From the NCBI GenBank assembly GCA_013239625.1, contig MU057346.1, positions 2,938,431 to 3,002,430 on the forward strand: a stretch of DNA of 64,000 nt, read 5' to 3'. The notes under the pieces were generated by a model. The model had not been told where the DNA came from and did no database searches. It worked only from the letters and a program-made list of their open reading frames with translations. Both the position numbers and the translations under genes were made by a program. This document shows, one piece after another, positions 49,023-61,390 of the stretch (position 1 is its first letter; each line of letters starts with the position of its first letter). The DNA comes from Lama guanicoe (Eukaryota).

Positions 49023-51436
49023 AAGTAATTGAGAAGATGAGATGCTCCTGCTAGCTTTGGTGAAAAGTATGAGCAAGGTTACCAGTGAAGAGCTCAGGAT
49101 AATAAAGTCAGGTGTCTGAAGCAAATATCTGGTAGGGTTAAAAAAAAAATCTAACACTGGTGTGAGCAGAAATCAAGCACTAAATCCACCTTTGAGTAGT
49201 GACTCACCAACTTACATTTATTGACAGTAGTAACAGCATCACTGATAATTACTACCTTCATTGAAAGCCGCATATCTAAAACAGAGGCCCAAAAATGTTA
49301 ATTTGTATAGTATTTCATTATATATAAACTCAGGGTTATTAAGTGGACAGCTATAGACTGGCTACACTGCCGAACGCAGCAAATGCTGAGAATTTCGCTC
49401 ACCCCACTGTCTTCAAATGGTTCTACAAGAGAGGAAGTACTGTAGCCATCAGTGATAATACCGTCCGGTAATTACCGAATCATAAATGTTTGGGGAGCTG
49501 AGGGTCACGGGCTTAGTGGCAACTTTAGTCTGTCCTGATGCATTTAAGCGTTTGTATTCCATATCTGGCTGGTGGTATTTTAATTCCCCCTGGACAGTCT
49601 GATGGGGGGCAGGGGGAGAAAGAAGAGTTATTCTTCCATTTTTATTTTTCATCTTGGATGAGAAGACTTTTTGTTGTTTGTAAGGTGGTAGGAACTGACC
49701 TTCAGTAAACAAAAATGATTTCAGCCTATCCGTCAGGCTTTGTCGTAGAAAGATGCTCCGTTTTCCCTCATACATGGTGTCCAGCCCGGGGTGTATGGTT
49801 TATGAGAACATGACCCTCGGGGCATCAGGAACCAGCTGCCTGCACTCTCCTGGCAGGAGGCCAGGCTCTCCTGGGAGGCTCAGAGGACAGCCAGGAGCAG
49901 GAGTTTCAGGCTGAGAAATCGCAGGTAAGAACACATCACCATTTTAAGAAATACCAGTGGATTTTTTTTTTCATTCCTTGAGTATTTTATTAACATTTGC
50001 TACTGTATTGAAGCCCAATTCACTCAGGCTCATGTTTCTTGCGTATCACATGGGAACTTTCATTAAATTGTGGCAATTCCAATTTGTGCGGTTATCAAGT
50101 CAACATCAAATAAAGTGGACCGCGTTTTAGCCTGCAAACCTCGCGTTGTAAGTCTCTGATGTATTTGGGCTGATTCCCTTCTCTGTGCGTCCTTCTCTGT
50201 ATCAAGTTACCATTTTTATTGCCAAGGTACCGTTATTGTTGGTTTTTAAGGGAAATTGTCATGATACGCCTAACATAGGAACCAGGCCCAGGGCATTATG
50301 GATGGAGCCTCATCCAAACGCTCTTTTGTTGTTGTTGTTAAAAATTATTTCCCATTGCTTTCGTCTCAGACTCTCTCTATTAAAATCCAACTTAATTAGT
50401 AAAATTTAGCTGATTTGAGATTTCACATTTGTCCTCTAATGAATTATTAGCATTTTAATAAATAATATTTAATATCAATTAGTAGAGGTTAAAATACATG
50501 AATTAATTCTTTTGACAACACATGTGTTTTCTTATAAAGCCAAGCAGAAAATATTTGCCTGTAAGAGGTAGTTTTTATGGCTCTTGCTTTGTAATCAGGG
50601 ACTGAACATTTGAGTAGCAAAATGCCTCACAGCCTTCATTGCATTCTGTAGGGGGCAGCGGCGAAGTCAATGCCAATGATGCATTCTCTTTTTTAGACAG
50701 TCTTCTCCACTCCTGGGATCCAAGAAGGGTAAGGGCTGTGGTGTGCTGGAGTGAGCTTTTAACTGCCTGGAACCTATCACAAGGTCTGCCAAGGCCACAT
50801 CTTCCAACCCCATGTCTGTCTTGCTGTCATGTTGACTCTGACACAGGGCATCCTGGCTTCAGACTCACCGGAAATTTAAGGAAGATGAGCACCGCTTTAA
50901 GAAAAAGATCGGAGGGAGAAAAGTATAGTTCTTCTCCTTAAATGGAGATAAAAAAATCCTATGGGCATGATGTATCATTTGATTGGAACGTGACGTTTTA
51001 TGGTGACTGAGCCCTTGTCTCATCAGATCTGCCTCTGACACTTAGTAAGCGGTTGTAATTTTGATGAAAGAGCTTCCACAACAGTGTTTTGGTGCATGCG
51101 CACACAGCCCTGATCAGGAACCAGTTCTTCCAGGCCGACACTGGAACAGAGGGATGGAGATCAGAGCACCCAAGCAAGGGCCCCAGCCCACCACGGGTGG
51201 AAGGAGGGGGAGCGGGGCAGGAGCAGGAAGCGGGGCAGGGCTAATGGACGGTGGCTGCTCGCTGCTGATCTGAAGGCCTTGAAGGTGCTGGTGGTTCTGG
51301 ATCCTTATATCAGGAAACATGGCAGCCCTGAGCCCTTTGACTGTCATGAAGAAGTCAGACACCAGTGCAAGGGGTCGATGCAAGGCACCCAGTGCAGGTG
51401 AATCCCCAGAGGCACATGTTGAAATAGGAACGGTCC

Positions 51437-52089
51437 CAGCAAGACTATATAACATGCCAGACCTGGTGCAAAAGGAAAGTGAGGGGTTCCGGCAGGGGCA
51501 GGAAAGTAAATCTCCCCTTTCCACAGGCCCACCACCCCAACCTTGGGTGGACAGGTATCCCCCAAGGAGTGCAGCCTCTGCTGGGGGACACACTTAGAAC
51601 TTGGTTTGGGATGAGCAAAAGGCCCTTTTCCCAGTCACCAGCCCAGCACGCTGTGGTCCTGTGAGCCTGGGAGAGGGCTGGGCTGTGGTCATGACCTCTG
51701 ACCATCCCCATGTCCAAGCCCAGGCCCCTACTAGGAGTGGAGGCCAGCAGCGGGGTGCAGTTGTCTGCACCTGGGATGAGGGTGATGGTGGTCTTGGGGG
51801 GTGCTGTGAGAGAAGGGCTGGCCTGGCCCCGGGTTCCAGGGCAGAGAACAGCAGGCTTGGAACCTGTCCCAGGGAGGCAGGGCTTGGGGCGAGGCAGATG
51901 CATAGGTGAGCTGAGACTCCAAACCCCCTGCACATACTTGATTGTTTGACCAGCCTTCACTTACAGAGTGCAAATTCAGACAGAAAATTGTTAAGACTAT
52001 CTAGATGGCGACTGCAGAGTGTTAGGCCCTCTGCATGGGGCCCTATGGGACTACACTGGCCCCAGGTCCCAGGAAGGCTCACCCCCCTG
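51437..52089. mobile_element. MER115/Zaphod-like hAT-Tip100 element (about 650 nt, GC-rich)
   Basis: One end ctatataacatgccagacctggtgcaaaaggaaagtgagggg. Internal atctcccctttccacaggcccaccacccc and cttcacttacagagtgcaaattca...aaaattgttaaga...agatggcgactgcagag...ggggccctatgggactacac. Explains the overlapping GC-rich ORFs here. Confidence 0.7.
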
Positions 52090-52269
52090 GAGTACTTCTT
52101 GGAGGCATTTCCAGCTTGTGGCTTCCGAGAAGCCAAGTCTCAGCCTTGCGATTTTAGTGGAGAAGCTTTTGATTTAGGATGTAACATGTGGCTGTTCTTA
52201 CTGTGAAGTGAGTTTGAAGCAAATCAGAATGTGCACCCCCACCTGCGCTTGGTGAGGTCAGTGCCTGAT

Positions 52270-52370
52270 ATGGGTGTAAATATTTGTCAAAGCGTGGAGT
52301 GAATACACTTTGAAAGGATGCAACTTGTTACGTATAGATTATTCTTCAACGAAATTGATGGAAAAGAAAT
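52270..52370 (+). mobile_element. Old L1M extreme 3' end
   Basis: atatttgtcaaa...tacactttgaaaggatgcaact...gtatagattattcttcaacgaaattgat. Confidence 0.55.
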
Positions 52371-52600
52371 AATCTGTGGGGCTGAAAGACTCTATAGGAC
52401 CAGAGGACAGTGTTGACTGAACTCACTCTTCTAAGTTGGTGGCAGAAGCATCCTTTCTATTTGGTTTGATCCCTTAGATTAATTGGCTTTGACTCTGTTT
52501 AATTATGGATATTTTAGTCCCACTGTGCACCTGATGTAACTTAATATTTGCTGTTGCATTGAATCGTTATAGTAACCTAATGTAAAGGTATTCTTTCGTC

Positions 52601-52800
52601 CAGTGGTTCTCAGTCACAGGGGGCATTTGGCCGTGTCTGGAGACATTTGTGGTTGTCACATCTGGGGGGAGTGGGGAGGGAGGGAAGGTGCCACCAACAT
52701 CTATAAGTGGGTCCAGGCCAGGGATGGTGCTGAAAATCCTGCAAGGCGCAGGACAGTCCCCGGGACAAAATGTCGGTCGTGCCAAGGCTGAGAAGCTCCG
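52601..52800 (+). mobile_element. MER20 hAT-Charlie MITE
   Basis: cagtggttctca...catttggccgtgtctggagacatttgtggttgtcaca...aggccagggatggtgctgaaaatcct...caaaatgtc...gtgccaaggctgagaa. Confidence 0.9.
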
Positions 52801-53914
52801 CCGTGTCCTGTCCTGAAAGATTCCAGATGGTGACGTCACAGGACTAGTAACTGGGCGTGGTGGACGTTCTGACCTAGCCCAACACTACTTCAGCCTCGTT
52901 TACTCTGAACAATTAGGAAAGAATTAACAGCGGAAGATTGTTCTCGCCACTGCACATCTGGAAAGCCCTCTCACTCAAGGTGCTAATTACAGTGTTCTGT
53001 TGTAAAAGCAAGAGTCAGATTTCATGATTGATTCATGATCATTTTAAAATTAATGCTGCTATTATCATACAAAGCAGTGGTAAGTGGAGGTAAGAGGATT
53101 TTTGCTTTGGGAAACCATGTCCACACTGCAGTGAACACACAGCAGTCCCCTTTGTCTCGGGCTTAATGCCCTGTTGTTTCTTCTAAGCTCTTCTTAGGTG
53201 CCTTTGGGCTTTTTAACGTTCTTTGGCAGTTGTAATTTATTAATTGATTTTTAAAGTTGGCTTGTGAAAGTGAACTTTAGTTAGGGGGTTGAGGAAAATG
53301 AAAAGGCCTGTGGTTTTTTGTTTCCTTTTGTTTTTTCCATGATTGGTTTTTCGCATTTTGCCCAGGGAGCAGTAGGAGTCGGGCAGCCTGGGCACTTGGA
53401 GATCTGAGGCTCCCAGCCTCCGTGCGTCACTGACAGGGACTAAGTTGCTCAGAGTTGCTTCCATCATATACATTTTAATAAATACTACAGATATTAAGGG
53501 ACCCCTCATCCACTGCATCCTAACATAGCCTCATTCAGGGGAGCTCGCCTATTGAATTGTTTGGGATTTGTAGGTATGTTTTGTTTCGTTTGATTTTACA
53601 CTTCTCATTGCTTGTTCTATTTTTATCCCATGGCACTCTGATGAAGCCTCCTCAGGTTTCTTTTAAATGTGTCCTGTAAAATACCTGGATGATAAGGGCA
53701 GTGATTATACTTAAGAGTTCTATCTGTGACCCCAAGGCATTTATTGACTCAAAACCAACATGTGATGTAATCATAGTGTTAGAAATCTTAAGTCTAAGAA
53801 AAGTTTTGTGGATGTTGCTGTGTTGATACCTAAAATTCTTCTCCCTGTAAACTTCAGTCTGATGAGCTCTGCAGCCAGGTGACGGTAGAGATAGGGACAA
53901 TAGTTATGTTTTGT

Positions 53915-54042
53915 ATTTACAGACTACTTACAATATTCTGGTTGCTGTGCTAAACATTTCATAGCACATTATCTCATTTGATTGTCTCATCTCTATAAGG
54001 TGGATTGTGCTCATTTCACAGGGGAGAAAACTTAGGCTGAGA
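53915..54042 (-). mobile_element. MIR fragment
   Basis: ctgtgctaaacatttcata...cattatctcatttgat...catttcacaggggagaaaacttaggctgaga. Confidence 0.75.
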
Positions 54043-54698
54043 AATAACAACAGTTTCATGAGTATTTTCTTTATGTTATTCTTTAGGATGAGAAGGAAGG
54101 AATGAAGCCCTTTTCCAGACCTCCCTTGGTTAGGATGGTTTCATTGACTAAATTCTGCAGCCTGCTTGGTTAAACAACAGTACATTAAGAGTGTGATTAT
54201 TAACACTACTTCCTAATCTGATGCATTATTGCCGTACACCAAAATTATTTTCTGTTATTTTGCTACCAGTTCTCTTAGTTTTTCCCAAATGTCTGAAGTT
54301 GGATAATTAGAGACAAATTATTGAAATCACCAATTATAGTGACTTTTTCAGTCACTTGTTGTCCACAGCCTCCCTGCCCTTCTTAATTCTCCTACCAAAA
54401 TCAAGTAATGAGTTTCAGTTTAGATTTCCACATACAGGTGTTTCCTTGGACAAAATTACCCACGAAACACACTTGGGAAGCTGAATTTAAAAGAACATGG
54501 TCTAGGTGTTCAAGCCCCTGATTTTACTGTTAAACATTTTTATGTTTTCAAAAGATGATGTCCTGTCTTCAGTGGAACAAAACAGGAGTAATGTGATAGA
54601 TGGATCTACCACCAGTCAGTCCCCACATTAAGAATGTTTTTCAGAAGTTATGATAGGTAACAATAGGCATGCCTTCTGTTCGTCAAGGGATGCTGGAA

Positions 54699-54722
54699 TG
54701 TGTGTGTGTGTGTGTGTGTGTG
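54699..54722 (+). repeat. (TG)12 microsatellite
   Basis: Seen directly. Confidence 0.95.
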
Positions 54723-54949
54723 AATTGCCTATATAGAGAGGAAAGGACTTCTTAAAGTTAAGAAAGCTTCATCAATGTGAAGCGCTCAACACAGTGCTAT
54801 GAATTACAGGTACACACATTCAACATCTGTATGCTTGTAAATGCAATCAAATTAATACATGTTAAACAAAAGGATACTTACAAGTGCAGAGGCTGTCAGT
54901 CAAAATGCTCATTGCCCCACCCTTCAAAGGGAATGACCCTGAACCCTGG

Positions 54950-55130
54950 CTGTGTCCTTTAAGCTTGAATTTAAATCAGAACCCTGTGGAGGTGCTTGTT
55001 GGAAATGCACATTTCCCTCTTGTACTCAGGATCTCTTGAGTCAGAATCTCTGGACTTGGGAATGAGCTGTCTCCTCTTTCAAATCTCACCAGGTGATTCT
55101 GTGCTTACACTGCATTTGGAGGGAGCTGCT
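54950..55130. mobile_element. MER5-type hAT-Charlie MITE
   Basis: atcagaaccctgtggaggtgcttgttggaaatgcac...tgagtcagaatctctgg...ccaggtgattctg. Confidence 0.7.
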
Positions 55131-58100
55131 TCTGGAATAAAACTTGGGGAGATTTGGGGCACTCCATTTGAACACCTCCATGTATAAATGGGCGGGCAAT
55201 CGATAGAAGTGCATATCCTGGCTTAGCCTCTTTAATTTTCTTAAGAGGTTATTAATTGTCCCTCCGTCTGTTTGGTTGCCAAATGCTCATGGGTTCTGCC
55301 TGTATTTGGCAACAGAGCATATCTGCACTGGCAGCTCTTGCCAGGGGTTATATCTTCAGGTCCCTGCTCTCTGGCATTGATCAAACGTTTACTTTACTCG
55401 GAGAATTCATCCATCCCTTTTTATATTCTAAAATTGATCCTCAGGGCAGACAAGATTACCAGGAAGTGGACACTTAAACTACGTGGTTTGAGCTCAAAAC
55501 TGATTGTTATCATTTCATCAACTATTCATGGAGAAGCAGCAAGGGAGAGGGGCTGATGTCGAGGGTACCTCTTCTCCGGCAGCCCGGTAGTTTCTTAGGG
55601 CTGATGTGGTCGAGTCTCTGAGCTGTCGGAGGCCGTTATGGACCAGGTGGCCCCTGGGGCTGGGAGCAGGTGCTGCAGCCAGCATTGCATCCTTTCCACC
55701 TTTGGGACAGAAGGAGGGGCTGCTTCTCATTGTGCACATTTGGAGTCTGAGATTCCAAATGAGTTAGTAGCACATCTAATACATTATTTTATCAGGTTTT
55801 CCAAGGTGAGCCTGTGTGTCTGAAGGGCTTCTAGCATGAGGGACAGCTACTCGTAACCCCGGGCTCTTCTGCATGGCAGACCTGTGGTTTTTCTGCTCTT
55901 TCCGTCCTCCTCATCGCCGTTGTGTGATTGACCGTTTCTCCTGTGTCTTGAGTTCCGACTGGTAATGCTGACGTGGGGTGGTGGGGGGTTGGGGGGAGGA
56001 GGAGGCTCAACCATGTTGTTTGTAACTGGAAACAGATCCACCCGTTGAAACCCATATTCATGCACAGGCAGGGAGAGGGAGCTTTGCGTGATGCTGTTGT
56101 TATAGCTGTTTAGGGGGCTAGAGTTAGAACCTGGGCCCCTATGGTCACAGTTCATGTGGGGCTGGGGGTCCGCAGGGATGGACAAGGCTTCCCTTTGAGT
56201 GGTGTGGAGGCTGGATTAGGGCAGCTGGCTGTGTATGGGTTTGGAAGGGGGAGGGGGAGGGATGGAGGTCGCGAATCATTGGCCCAAGTGGATGGCACTC
56301 CAGAATGGAAATCCATGGGCCTTCTCAGGAAGGTTGTCCGAGGCATGAGTCCGGGCCTGCTTTCCCATTACAACCATAGCCTATCTCGCGGGAGCCTGCT
56401 GATAATCAGTAAATGAAATTCACCTTTCCCCCAGTTCCTGAAAACTGAAAGATGAGGGTTGAGCCACAGGGCAAATCCTGAACGCTGATTCTGGCACGGA
56501 ATTCCGAGCTACACGGGGGGAAATTATTTTATTTGGGAGAACCCATTTAAGTTTGGCAGTTACCTGGAAAGAAAATTAAGTTGCTGATTGCAAGTCCAAT
56601 TCTCCGGCCTTCTGAAGAAGATAGATTGTAATCTTTAATTAATCTATCACTCACACTGGGGGAGAAAAAAAAAAGCACAGGGTGCAGGTTTGGGGAGAAT
56701 GTTCATATCACATTTATGTTGGCTGGTCGGGGCTGCGTGGGGAAGCCCAGACCACAATACCTAGGCCCCGCTGCCAGTACACCGTGTATTTGCTTTTGTT
56801 GAGCATTTTAATTTCCCCGTGAGTCTCAAACCTCTGCGCGGTGTGCACGTGGAGGCCTGGTGTGTGCACTTTGGCCCCCACTCTTCCCCGTTGTAATGAA
56901 GATAAAATGACTAGAAGGATGACCTTTCCATGCCTTTGTCTGGAGCCAGCCCTTCTCTTTAACTAAACACCTTTCCAGCGCACACGTTCTGAACTCTTGA
57001 ACTGCTCATTCCCTCCCTGAGCTTATAGCTCAGGCTGTGGTTTATCATTTCATGCCTCCAAAGACATTGTACTTCCTCTGCTTGACATGGAGATAGAATT
57101 TTTCATAACCCTTTACTGGTTATAAATTTGATTGTTAAGGGACCGGGTTAATCTTCTTTCTAATACCAGCATCTGATTTTGAAACCTTGATTTAGGAGTG
57201 GTTTTCTGGCTGCCGCCTTCCTACAGCACAGGGTGGGACAGTATAAAATACGTCACCTGATATTGGAGGATTGTTTATTTCTGTTCATTTTGTCCCAAAT
57301 AGTCCCTGAGAGAGGCATTGGAAAGTTTAGCTTGTTTCTGTGTTTCTTCTGTTGCAATTTCTTCCATTACCTGAAATAGTCACTTTGGAAAGCAAGCTAA
57401 GCAACATCCTTTCACTGAGGGGACAGGGCTGGGGAGTGGATGGGTAAAGGTGTCTTGGAGAGGAAACAATTTGGAGACCGTGGAAGCACGTCGAGACAAG
57501 AGTTACGATTTTGTGTTGCATAACATTTAGAGAAATCGTTCCCCTTCCAGCTCAGTCCTGTCTTTCTCATAGCCGTTTAACTCTACTGTCTTGAAATTGT
57601 TCCATTTCTCTTCTAGTGTCTCAGTGCATGACACGCAGTAGATGGTCAATAAATGTGTTCAGCTGAACTATGACATTTAGGTCCGTAATTAGGTGCATAG
57701 GCAAAATCAGGGAGCTCTCTGACGTGAGAACTCATCTCGGAGCCTCAGTGAGCCTTGTTCTGCTCCTAAAGGATTTTGCTGAGGATTACTTGAAATAACT
57801 CACAAAAATACTCAGCACTCTGCCTCTCTGCTTGGCACTCTTGTCGCAGAGCCAACTGTAATTCTAGAAAGAAAACTTAACGGCATTATGTAAGGGGAGA
57901 AGTCAGTAGCATCTTAGAGTGTGTTTCTCTTCTGGTAAGCAATTCTGCATCAATCAGAAGTGGAAACAGAATGCGTGCAAAATATTTAGCTAATTGTCAT
58001 CGACAGAAGTGCGATTTCAGGTCCAAAGACGTTGTGTTTTAGGGTACACACAGATGCGTTTCTTAAAATGTCTAAACTTTCTTCCATGTATGGGCACTTT

Positions 58101-58449
58101 GGCACATGCGATATCCGAACAAATTGTACTTGGATTGGCTCTCTGGGAATTGACATTTCTGTATTTCGCCAAAGCATGTTTTCCCTCTAAATAGAAGCAG
58201 CTGGTAATTACTAATGCTAATGTCAGGGTGAGGTGCAATAGATAATCCCACACAGGTGATGACCCCCAGAGCATTTATATTTGATGCTGGAATGTGTTCG
58301 TTTTCTTTATCTTGCTATTAATGCACCTCTATTGAGCAATTTACTCTCTCTCCATAGATAGGATCAGCTCCAATATAAATTTATAACACCACACTTACAT
58401 TCTAATACAGGCATTTCCCAGTTGACAGTCTTTCTGGCTCCCACTGTCA

Positions 58450-58455
58450 ACACAC

Positions 58456-58486
<31 letters not shown>
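58450..58486 (+). repeat. (AC)n microsatellite
   Basis: Seen directly. Confidence 0.95.
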
Positions 58487-58488
<2 letters not shown>

Positions 58489-59336
58489 ATGCGTCAAGCC
58501 ACATTCCAACCTAAGGAGCAGAATCAACAGTCCTTTTCTGTTTCCACCCACACAATTTCTCTGGCTTCTGACCCATGGTCAGTGACTGAGAGAGTGACAG
58601 ATTCATATATGTAGATACGTTTGAGAAAACAAAACAGTAAGAACAGACATGATTAGCATCCTGCAGCAAGGAACCAGAAAAAAGAATCACAAACCCAAGA
58701 GCTTTTTATAGGTCACTTGTGAAGCGTAATCATTTATTCGTTGAAGCACAATCTGGATTCTAAGCTTTGGTTCCAAATAGCACAGTTGTGTTGCTTGGAC
58801 CTTGACTCTACCGCATGTGCATAATGTGTGATGCACACGTTTTCTGATTGCAGATACGTTAGTCCTTGCTCGTAGGCATGAGTGGTGTTCATGAAAACCA
58901 CTGATTTTGGGTAAAAGAAGCAAAGAACTAGCTTTGTTTTTGTCATACAAACAAGATGTCATCTGCCAATTGTTCGTTAATGCCAGCGTTCACTACAGGT
59001 CTTGACCATGGAACGTGCCTTTGTCTGCGTGTAGTGGCTCCTCTCTGGGTTCTGAGTATCCTTCCCTGCCTGAGCAGTGAGTTTCTGTGAGTTCCTATGA
59101 GCTCTCACTTATTTTATACAGTGGAGAGTTTTATGAGAATTATCTACCCCACATTACACAGTTGATCATTATCAGCTGAGTTGGGCGGAGGGGCAATGAG
59201 TAGATAAAATTAATTTCGACTTTTGAAAAGCCTTGGAAGTATTTATAGCGCTTAACCTAATTTGGGAACTTGAGTCTATTCTAAGAGTAAAAAGCATTCC
59301 ACAAAATTGCATGTACTGTCTAAATCTACTTTTGTT

Positions 59337-59445
59337 ACACACACACACACACACACACACTTAGGTAGCCATGTAGAAAAAGACTGTGAGAGACACATCA
59401 AGCTGTCTGTCTACAGTGGTTCTGGCTGGATAAGTAGAATTTAGT
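59337..59445 (+). repeat. (AC)12 microsatellite followed by an L1ME-like 3' remnant
   Basis: (AC)n at 59337-59360, then tagaaaaagactgtgagagacacatcaagctg...acagtggtt. Confidence 0.7.
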
Positions 59446-61199
59446 TGTTCAAGGTTAAGTTAATGAACTTTATCAAATAGCCATGGATTCAAATTGTGCC
59501 CTCCTCATTAATTGGCTGAGAGACATGGCGTTGGATGAGCAATTTAGCCTTGGTTCACCTCCAAGCCCTGATCTGTAGTCACTATTGTTAAAATTCTCCC
59601 CTCCCAGGCTTAGATGCAAAATGTACCAGTAAGTGTTACTTTTTACTGTTTGTGCTCTTTCCTGCCCCCTTTTCTGTGTTTTCTCCCTTTGTGAACATGT
59701 GTTGCTTTTGTAATATGAAAAATAACAATAAAGTTTTTCGTTTCGTTTTTGAGAATCAGCCAAGGACTGGTTGTACTATTTTCACAGATTTGCTTCTTGT
59801 TTGAAGCCAGTGACCAGAGAGGCTCTCTAACCAGGGGACAGAAAAAGTGTGAATTCTCTCCTCTCTTCTCTCCTCTCTCCCAGGTACCCACCTGGGTTTA
59901 ATGCTTATTTATTATTTTTTATTTTTTAAGAAATAATGCTTCCTAGGGGAATCTCTCAATTTCCTTCAGTACTAAATAGTTCAGGTTGTGAAATGGAGGT
60001 GCAAACCACCCATCGATGCATCTCAGGCCCTCCTTAGGTGATACTGGCTGGATAATCCTGCACAATGACCTCCTGGTGCCATTTTGCTGAATGTGGACAC
60101 TTGGGTAAGGTCGGACTCCTGACTTTGTATAAAGTGATGGACTCTGTGTTCTTCAAGCTGGAAAACCTGAAATACCTTGTCGAGTCTGAAAGTTAAACGT
60201 GAACAGAGCAATAATGTGAAGAAGGCAGGAGTGGATGTTGTCAGAACTTAGAGTAAGCCTGTTTCTTTGGTTGGGCCTTGAATTTGGTCCCAGGTTCCCT
60301 TATGGTTGAGACTGGGAGCAAATCACATTGTTTGCTCTTGTCAGGGAATGAAAACCATGTCACACAAGCCAGCCCGCAGAGGTGAATGTTTGCCTGCTGG
60401 ACTTCAGTAGGTGCCTACCTCACAGGCCCACATGTGAGGTCTTGGGTGATTCAGCCATTAGTAAACAAATAGACAACTTAGGGGCCAAGGGCATTTCCCA
60501 GTATTAAATCCTTAGTGATAATGGAGGCTTTACGCCTACAGGCCAAGACCTTACCTTTTGTGCTCCCTGGGTTGTGGAGGGAGCACCCATCCTCGAAAGA
60601 GGAACCTGTCAGATGCCTTGGATATACTGACAATACGTTGATGAGAATTGAATGCCTGTAAATTTCATAGCCCCCAGGGCCCAGCAGGGGCCCTGTCTCA
60701 CTGCTTATGAATCACAAACCCTGTTTATTTGTATCAAGGACAGTTGATACTTTAATCATCAATAAACTAATGTTTCAGTAGCCTGTCGTAAATTTCTTGT
60801 CAAAAGAAAGATTATTATTAGAACACGGTGATGACAGATAATCTCTACCTAGACTTACGTCCCTCAGTTTCAAAGCCTCTAGTAGCAGGGCTTGGAGTTT
60901 ACTAAGTAAGGAAAGCCTCACCAAGCAGAAACTCATGTTTCCTGCTTTCAAAAGAAAAAGAAAAGAATGGGTGAATTAATTGATTTGCATATTTTGACCA
61001 AGATCTAGCACAAGCTCTTTGCCTTGAATAAAAAATTGAGTTTTGAGAGCAAATATTTTGGTAAAGAACCAGTGGACTGGTATTAGTATTCTCTCCGATT
61101 ATCATTGTTAAACGGTAGACATCTTTCAATAAGTGCTAACATTTATTGTATCAATCACTAATGAGAAAATCTGACTCATTAATAATAATGCAGTCATGG

Positions 61200-61390
61200 T
61201 TGTGACTTATTGGCAGCCCTGTGCTGAGTGCTTCGCCTTCCTTGTGTGACCTTCCCAGCAGCCTTATTGAGTACGTACCATCTCCGGTTTATCAGCGCAT
61301 CCTCAGTTGCTGATGAGGAAACCGTGGCTGGATTAAGCGATTGCCCAAGTTAGAGAGCCGCCGAGTGGCGGAGCTGTGATAGAACAGAAC
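61200..61390 (-). mobile_element. MIR SINE
   Basis: ctgtgctgagtgctt...gatgaggaaaccgtggc...ttaagcgattgcccaag...gagtggcggagctg. Confidence 0.7.

Noticed and set aside
50735-50880. Possible MER63A remnant (ctgtggtgtgctggag...)
   Set aside because: Only the terminal word and a weak internal match; too degraded to call.
60681-60695. CCAGCAGGGGCCC as a CTCF site (also 50644-50658)
   Set aside because: Mismatches at high-information positions; much weaker than the site at 32451.
3867-61180. Scattered AP-1 (TGASTCA) and octamer (ATGCAAAT) words
   Set aside because: Numbers look close to chance for 64 kb, and they are not clustered.
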